From: Girardia tigrina
Taxonomy: Eukaryota
Assembly: GCA_001938485.1 (NCBI GenBank)
Contig: MQRK01241630.1
Location: 23,707 to 77,648 of the forward strand
Direction of reading: 5' to 3'
Length of the DNA stretch: 53,942 nucleotides
The position numbers and the translations under genes are program-made. The notes beneath the pieces were generated by a model, which worked only from the letters and a program-made list of their open reading frames with translations, was not told the origin of the DNA and searched no databases. This document shows, one piece after another, positions 48,479 to 53,942 of this stretch. How positions within the stretch are numbered: position 1 is the stretch's first letter; each line of letters starts with the position of its first letter.

Positions 48479-49758
48479 GGACGATGGGTGGATTGCCTTT
48501 GATTAGTTTTTCTTTTGTTATATTTTAATAAAGCAATGTAAACATATAATTGGTTCATGTTCTTTTAACTTAAATCTCTGATGTAAAAATGATAAACTTA
48601 TAATAAGAAATATAGTAATCAAATAAAAAAAACATGTTGAGGAAAAAATAAGATGATCATTAATTAAATAGAAGTCGCATAAGCCGACTTTCATAGACTT
48701 AATATATTTAAATATAATGTAGAACCCAATAGGTACTTCATCGACTTCACTGGCGAGATAAAAGGGCCAGATGAGGTTGATGGGGTACGATATGAATCTC
48801 NNNNNNNNNNNNNNNNNAGACACTTACCGGAGAGACATATCTAAATAATATGTTGGGTCAAAATAAACTAAGATGCTAAAGCATAACATGAAACACACAA
48901 ATTTGAATTAATAAAATTAAAATAATAATATAAAATCCAGTATTAATAATATCACACCCAACACAATTCTCCGCTCCATAAATCATTTGTGAAATAATCT
49001 CTATTAAGCTAGCTTTCGGCTGTGGAAGAGTAGTTGGAATTCATTTGGTACATTTATATCAAACATTCAAATTAACGAAGAACGTGTTGCTTTGATCAAC
49101 ATTAATTTTTAATTCGGTAATGTGTATTAAAATAAAAATGATTATTTTTTTGTGTGCTTACAGTATAGGACTATTAAAAAATCTAAATTCTGATGTTTTG
49201 TTTATCTTTTCCTGTAAATTGTGATGTGAAAAATTATTAAATAAAGAAAGGTTTAAAAAAATAATTAAAAATTAAAATTGCATTTTAAAAATTTTGAAAC
49301 TAATTGAAAAAGTAAGAAAATTGTTTTGATGTCTTCGTAAATTTGAGAGAAATCGTTTGAAGGAACAAAATTATGTTGGATAGAGATAAATTTGTGGAAA
49401 AAGAAAACATTTTCTATGACAACACTGTACATGCGGAATACGTCAAATAATTTTACCAATTTGTAAATCGTCTGATACAGTCGTTTCTCTGGGGTATAAA
49501 ACACTGGGTTGGGAATCAAAAAAATTTCATTTTCCTGATGCTGGGTTGACGCTAGCCTTGATTGTTTTTTCAATGAACTCGGAGATGAAATCTTTGCAAT
49601 GAAAATTGATAGATTGTGTGATTTGGTCATAGTGGAGTGGTTGTTTGCAGATTTTGAATGTCGATTAAACAGTGAGATAGAATTAGTCATTGTATGCAAT
49701 AGAAAAAGATACCAATACAGGAGATAGTGCTGTAAAGCTACGTTGGAATTTAGGGAGA

Positions 49759-51830
49759 CAGTAAATTGCCTATTTACTTTATCTCCAAGGTGAAAACCAC
49801 AATTCCTTAAAGTATTTAAACAAAGAATTAATAAACAATAATTGGAGAAATTTAGTAGTACAAATAGACCATTTATTCACTAATTAAACATGCTAAAAGC
49901 TACACCAAATAAGATTTACACAGACATTTAGTTCATTCACATGTAAAACAAAAAATACTGTATGCACTGCGGATTTCAAAACATGATTGTAAACGATGTA
50001 CATCAATCTTACTGTACTTTACGATGCATACTTGAAGAAGTCCATTATTTTCGTTTGTTTTTTCACCTTTGTCATCTCCATCAACACGTCTTCATTGATA
50101 TTCGAAAATGTACGTAAGTGAGAATCAGTGAATCCTGGATGAGTTAGTAAGAATCGTCATACTACTTGCAAAGCCTGCATTGTTTCCTTGAGCGTAGAAA
50201 CAACAGGGACATCAGAATCATCAATATAATCTTCCTCGACCACGTCTAAGATCTCTGTTGACTAAACAAGGCCATCTAGTATTTCCATATTAGTCAATCC
50301 TACAGTAGTAGGTAAGATTTTATAGGCCTGCACAAATTGTTCGAAATTTACATCGGCTGGTATCTGAATGAATTCACGCAAATGCTCGAAGATATTGTTA
50401 GGTGTTGATTGTGGTTGCGGTTCTGGAACGAAACACGGATTTAATGTTGGAACATCGAAGCCAAAGTGTTTGAAACATTTTATGACAGTATCTTCAGATA
50501 CTGTATCCCAGGCTTGCTTCAGTAAAGTCTGAGCATCCAGCAGTGTAAATTTAAATTCCATGTTTTCAAACTTTCAAACAAAATTTTCTATCAAGCCTTA
50601 TCGTGTAATATATTTAATTGATATATTAACTCGACCTGAGTCGTCCCGGTTGTAGTGGCAACCGATATGAGAATCGATTTAACCGGTCGTCGGGTCGACC
50701 GTTCCGTTTGTGAGATGCCGCTGTTTGCGACGCGTGCGCTCAGTGATTTTGATGCTGTCATTTAGAGTATTTTGTTTTTCTTTTTAAAAAACGACAATTC
50801 AATCATTTAAATATTTGATTAATTAATAAATTAAAACAATATCGTTTTTAAGGCATTTTATACGTTAAAAATTATTTTCATATCTCAAAAAATAAAAATA
50901 ATTTTACATTAAAAGGGAACAGTTTTTTAAACTCACAAAAAAGTAATTTTTCAACAGACCAAAAGAAGAATGCCAAGGAAAATGTTGTGGTACACAACAG
51001 CCTCATAATGCACTCTTGAAAAATGTGAACAGTTATGCACGTTTATTGGCAGTTTATTTTACTGGAAGAGAAATATTTTTTTATCTATCGAGGTTTGGCA
51101 GGTTTTCCAATGACTTGCAGGGGAATTTCGTAAGTGCCGTTCATATTAGCGCTCAGCTGGACAGTAAGTCACTCCTTTTACAGTTTTCCACCAGTGCACT
51201 TCTCATTTTTGATAACAAGTGTCGTATTTGGTAAAGATCAAAAGAACAGTCCTATTTCTCCAATGTTGTAAACATCATGTGATATTTAATCCTTTAGAAG
51301 GCTTGAAAGTTAGACTTTTCCATCGTTTACTCTTTTTTCATCAGCGCTAGCAGATTCTCCACAAATGATTTTAAAGACAATGGAATGACGATTCTTGAAG
51401 AGGTCAAGCCAACCACAGAAGACTTGAAATCCACTCAAAGTTAGATGGGCATTTGTGTAGCTTTCTCCAGCCGTCGTGGCCCAGACAGCGGCAAATGAAG
51501 CTATCTAGCTTGCTTAAACCTTAGTAGCTTCGCTTGTTCAACATCAACATTCTTTGCAGTTCTGAAATGCTTTCGTGTTTATTCAGATGCACTCCATGTC
51601 AAATGCCTCGTAGATTTTCTCTTGGTTGTTTAGAATGATAGAAAGCGTGAAATTCGGAAAGCCATATTCTTTAAAAATGGTTGCTTTGTTGCCTTTTGCA
51701 CTTAACAGATAATTTCTACTTTTTTCGTCAAAGAGAGTGCATTTGTTTTCACGCAGACATCATGGAAAACAAGCTGAAAATGAGTTTGACAGGACCTAAA
51801 TTCAAATTTCAAAAGGGGATTTAAAGTTTA
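49759..51830 (-). mobile_element. Decayed Tigger/pogo (CENP-B-like) transposon
   Basis: N-terminal KKVEII HTH remnant, GWLEK, SANMNGT, LKQAWDTVSEDTVIKCFKHFGF and C-terminal KQTKIMDFF; CAGTAAA terminus at 49759. Confidence 0.8.
50599..50999. mobile_element. Solo LTR nested in the Tigger element
   Basis: TATCGTG (decayed TG start)...CAACA with 4-bp TSD GCCT; transposase sequence resumes across it. Confidence 0.75.
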
Positions 51831-51838
51831 TTATTTAA

Positions 51839-52060
51839 CCCTTAATAACCTAGAATTTTAATTTTGATACCAATCTTTGAAACCGAATGTTCACATTACT
51901 ATTAGTTTTTTTATAGGTTGGCTGTACGTATTTTACTGTTATATAATATTCTTTCCAACGAAATTAAAAAAAATCAAATGTCATCATTGTTTTATTTTAT
52001 CTCAAGCAAACACAGTAATATTAAAAATAAATCACTTTCGTAAATCAGGGATACTAAGGG
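51839..52060. mobile_element. piggyBac-type MITE
   Basis: TTAA|CCCTTAATAACC ... GGATACTAAGGG|TTAA. Confidence 0.75.
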
Positions 52061-52131
52061 TTAAACAATAAAGATAATATTTAGTGCATTTTTTAATAAA
52101 AAAACAGAGTTTAAGTGTTAAGCGATTCTCG

Positions 52132-52133
<2 letters not shown>

Positions 52134-52199
<66 letters not shown>

Positions 52200-52277
52200 N
52201 NNNNNNNNNNNNNNNNNNNNNNNNNNNNNNNNNNNNNNNNNNNNNNNNNTATATATATATACATATATATATATATA
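52134..52277. repeat. (TA)n microsatellite spanning an assembly gap
   Basis: Directly visible; similar tracts at 1-21, 6876-6895, 17141-17247 and 44600-44670. Confidence 0.95.
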
Positions 52278-52965
52278 TCTTTTTTTTAATGGAACAATTA
52301 AGTGAGTTTTTCAGGACGTAGTACAATTACATCATTAAAACATTCTTATTCATTATTCTTTGACCAGAATGAAATTCTATCCTTAAATTCATTCAACGAA
52401 ATAAGAGTCTCATTTAGAAAATTGTGATTGATAATGAGAATATTGACTAAATTGAGTTTTAGTAAATATCAGTTGAAAAAATTATTTACAAAAAAATTTA
52501 ATTTATATAATTCCTTTTTAAGAAAATAATGAAGGAAATATATATTCCAACACTTAAGAATTAAAATAAAATTACACAAATATTCCAAGTCTCTAGTAAA
52601 TCATTTAACAAAACTAAATCCAAATTTTTAATAAAAATTCAAACAATCTACTGCCAGAGTTCAATATCTTCTTGTGACTTCTCTTTAATGTGTCACAACT
52701 TATTGCCCACACAAGTTTAACATCATTTAAATAATCCTTCATAATTGAACCATATATATGTATATATATAAATATGCAACTGAGTTATTGCTGATTTCAT
52801 TAATAGACGTCCTCACTCCTATTTTTATGATATTCGTAAATGTTAAGAACTTATTTTTCTTATATATTTTTTATATATATATTTTAGGTGTCATCATTAA
52901 CCTAGCTTTACAAATTCATTGTGTAGATATTTTCTTAAAGTTTTTTAAAGATTTTAATAATTAAT

Positions 52966-53095
52966 ATGGAGTGCAAAAATGAACATTTTCGCTATATTAT
53001 TTCTTTAAATGAAAGAGCGCAGTGCAAGCCACCAAACGTTACGTGATGTGTACGGAAAAGAAATCCTTAAAGAAAGGCAATGCCGAAATTGATTT
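52966..53095 (+). mobile_element. Mariner transposase N-terminal fragment
   Basis: MECKNEHFRYII...SAVQAH...LRDVYGKEILKERQCRN*F. Confidence 0.75.
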
Positions 53096-53709
53096 AATAC
53101 TATCACTTTGTGCTCTGATATATTTAGCCAAAACTTCTCCACTCTATATTGTCTTTATGAAGAGAACTTACATATTTTTCAATCTTTATTAATTTCACAT
53201 TTCAGATCATTTTCTGGGCAATCCACAGTAAGACTTTCATGGATCAATATTGTTCTTGATTGAAAGATAAAAGGGAGTTTTAAATCACTATTTTAACTTT
53301 TGTGAGTGAAAATAAAAACAAAAAATACACAAAAAGCTTTATTTTCTTGATTTTAAAACATGTACCAACAGTGCTTATTCAAACAAATGTCAATTGAATT
53401 TGTACATTGACTTGTTGTTCAAAATTTATTTTCGGCCCCCAGTTGCGAGGATTGACAAGATAGGGTACGTAAAAAAAATACTAATTAAATAAAAAAAGAA
53501 AGTATAAAAGAAATGTTGGATATTAGATATTTTCATTATTTGAAATATTTAATATTTACTTTTTTGATAAATATTTTGTTTAAATATTATCAATTAAACA
53601 TTGTTTTGAAAATAAACTTTTCGCGTGTTACANNNNNNNNNNNNNNNNNNNNNNNNNNNNNNNNNNNNNNNNNNNNNNNNNNNNNNNNNNNNNNNNNNNN
53701 NNNNNNNNT

Positions 53710-53942
53710 TGGCAGAAGAAATTTGAAATGATCATGAAAATCCAGAAGATTACTGATCCAGCCCCGTATCTCCCTTTTTTACTATCGGGGGTTGCACTGA
53801 ACATCTATATGGAATCGGACGAAAAGATGCAAAGCAGCTGCGATCGGTTCTTCAAGATATTAAACAATTCGTTCGGCCTGACTAGACGTTCTGCGTACAG
53901 TCAATTAATAAACTTACAGTATCACGATGGCGAGACTATCGA
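53710..53942 (+). mobile_element. Gypsy-type gag (capsid) fragment, open to the window edge
   Basis: Open frame WQKKFEMIMKIQKITDPAPYLPFLLSGVALNIYMESDEKMQSSCDRFFKILNNSFGLTRRSAYSQLINLQYHDGETI with the gag-like W..KFE / L.G.A...Y / GET pattern. Confidence 0.65.

Noticed and set aside
49265-49699. 144-aa minus-strand ORF
   Set aside because: Non-ATG start, no recognisable motif and no convincing splice pair, so it cannot be supported as a gene.
52084-52326. YIYIYI ORFs (also 44527-44718) and the AT-rich ORF 46707-47018
   Set aside because: Translations of (TA)n or low-complexity AT-rich DNA.
1-53942. CRISPR array, tRNA genes, full rRNA genes or prokaryotic operons
   Set aside because: No regularly spaced repeat-spacer array, cloverleaf or operon-like structure was seen; the content is eukaryotic (spliceosomal introns, eukaryotic TEs).

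Overview
Very AT-rich, repeat-dense eukaryotic DNA with several assembly gaps. It resembles a triclad flatworm (planarian) genome, but that is an inference from composition and TE content only. One clearly intact gene is present: a single-exon LRR + Ig + transmembrane receptor (3987-5783, +). Most of the rest is decayed and nested mobile DNA: two Chapaev3 (CMC) transposons, three hAT remnants, a Tigger/pogo, a mariner fragment, four TTAA piggyBac-type MITEs, a Mutator-like MITE, Helitron-like ends, two Penelope elements (one with inverted termini carrying degenerate hammerhead ribozymes), an RTE LINE 3' end, Gypsy gag/integrase remnants and many solo LTRs. The main leads are: (1) a ~260-nt structured RNA domain (two covarying ~68-nt hairpins with an identical 22-nt 3' arm, closed by a long-range helix) inside a putative 5'-UTR intron of an orphan coiled-coil/arginine-rich ORF at 47.4-48.5 kb; (2) a 5S-rRNA-headed ~410-nt Pol III-like element at 20.2-20.6 kb; (3) an abundant (at least 8 copies) solo-LTR-like family with 5-bp TSDs and non-canonical TG...TA termini; (4) a chimeric beta-tubulin fragment that shares an exact 19-nt hairpin with an unrelated orphan ORF 37 kb away.
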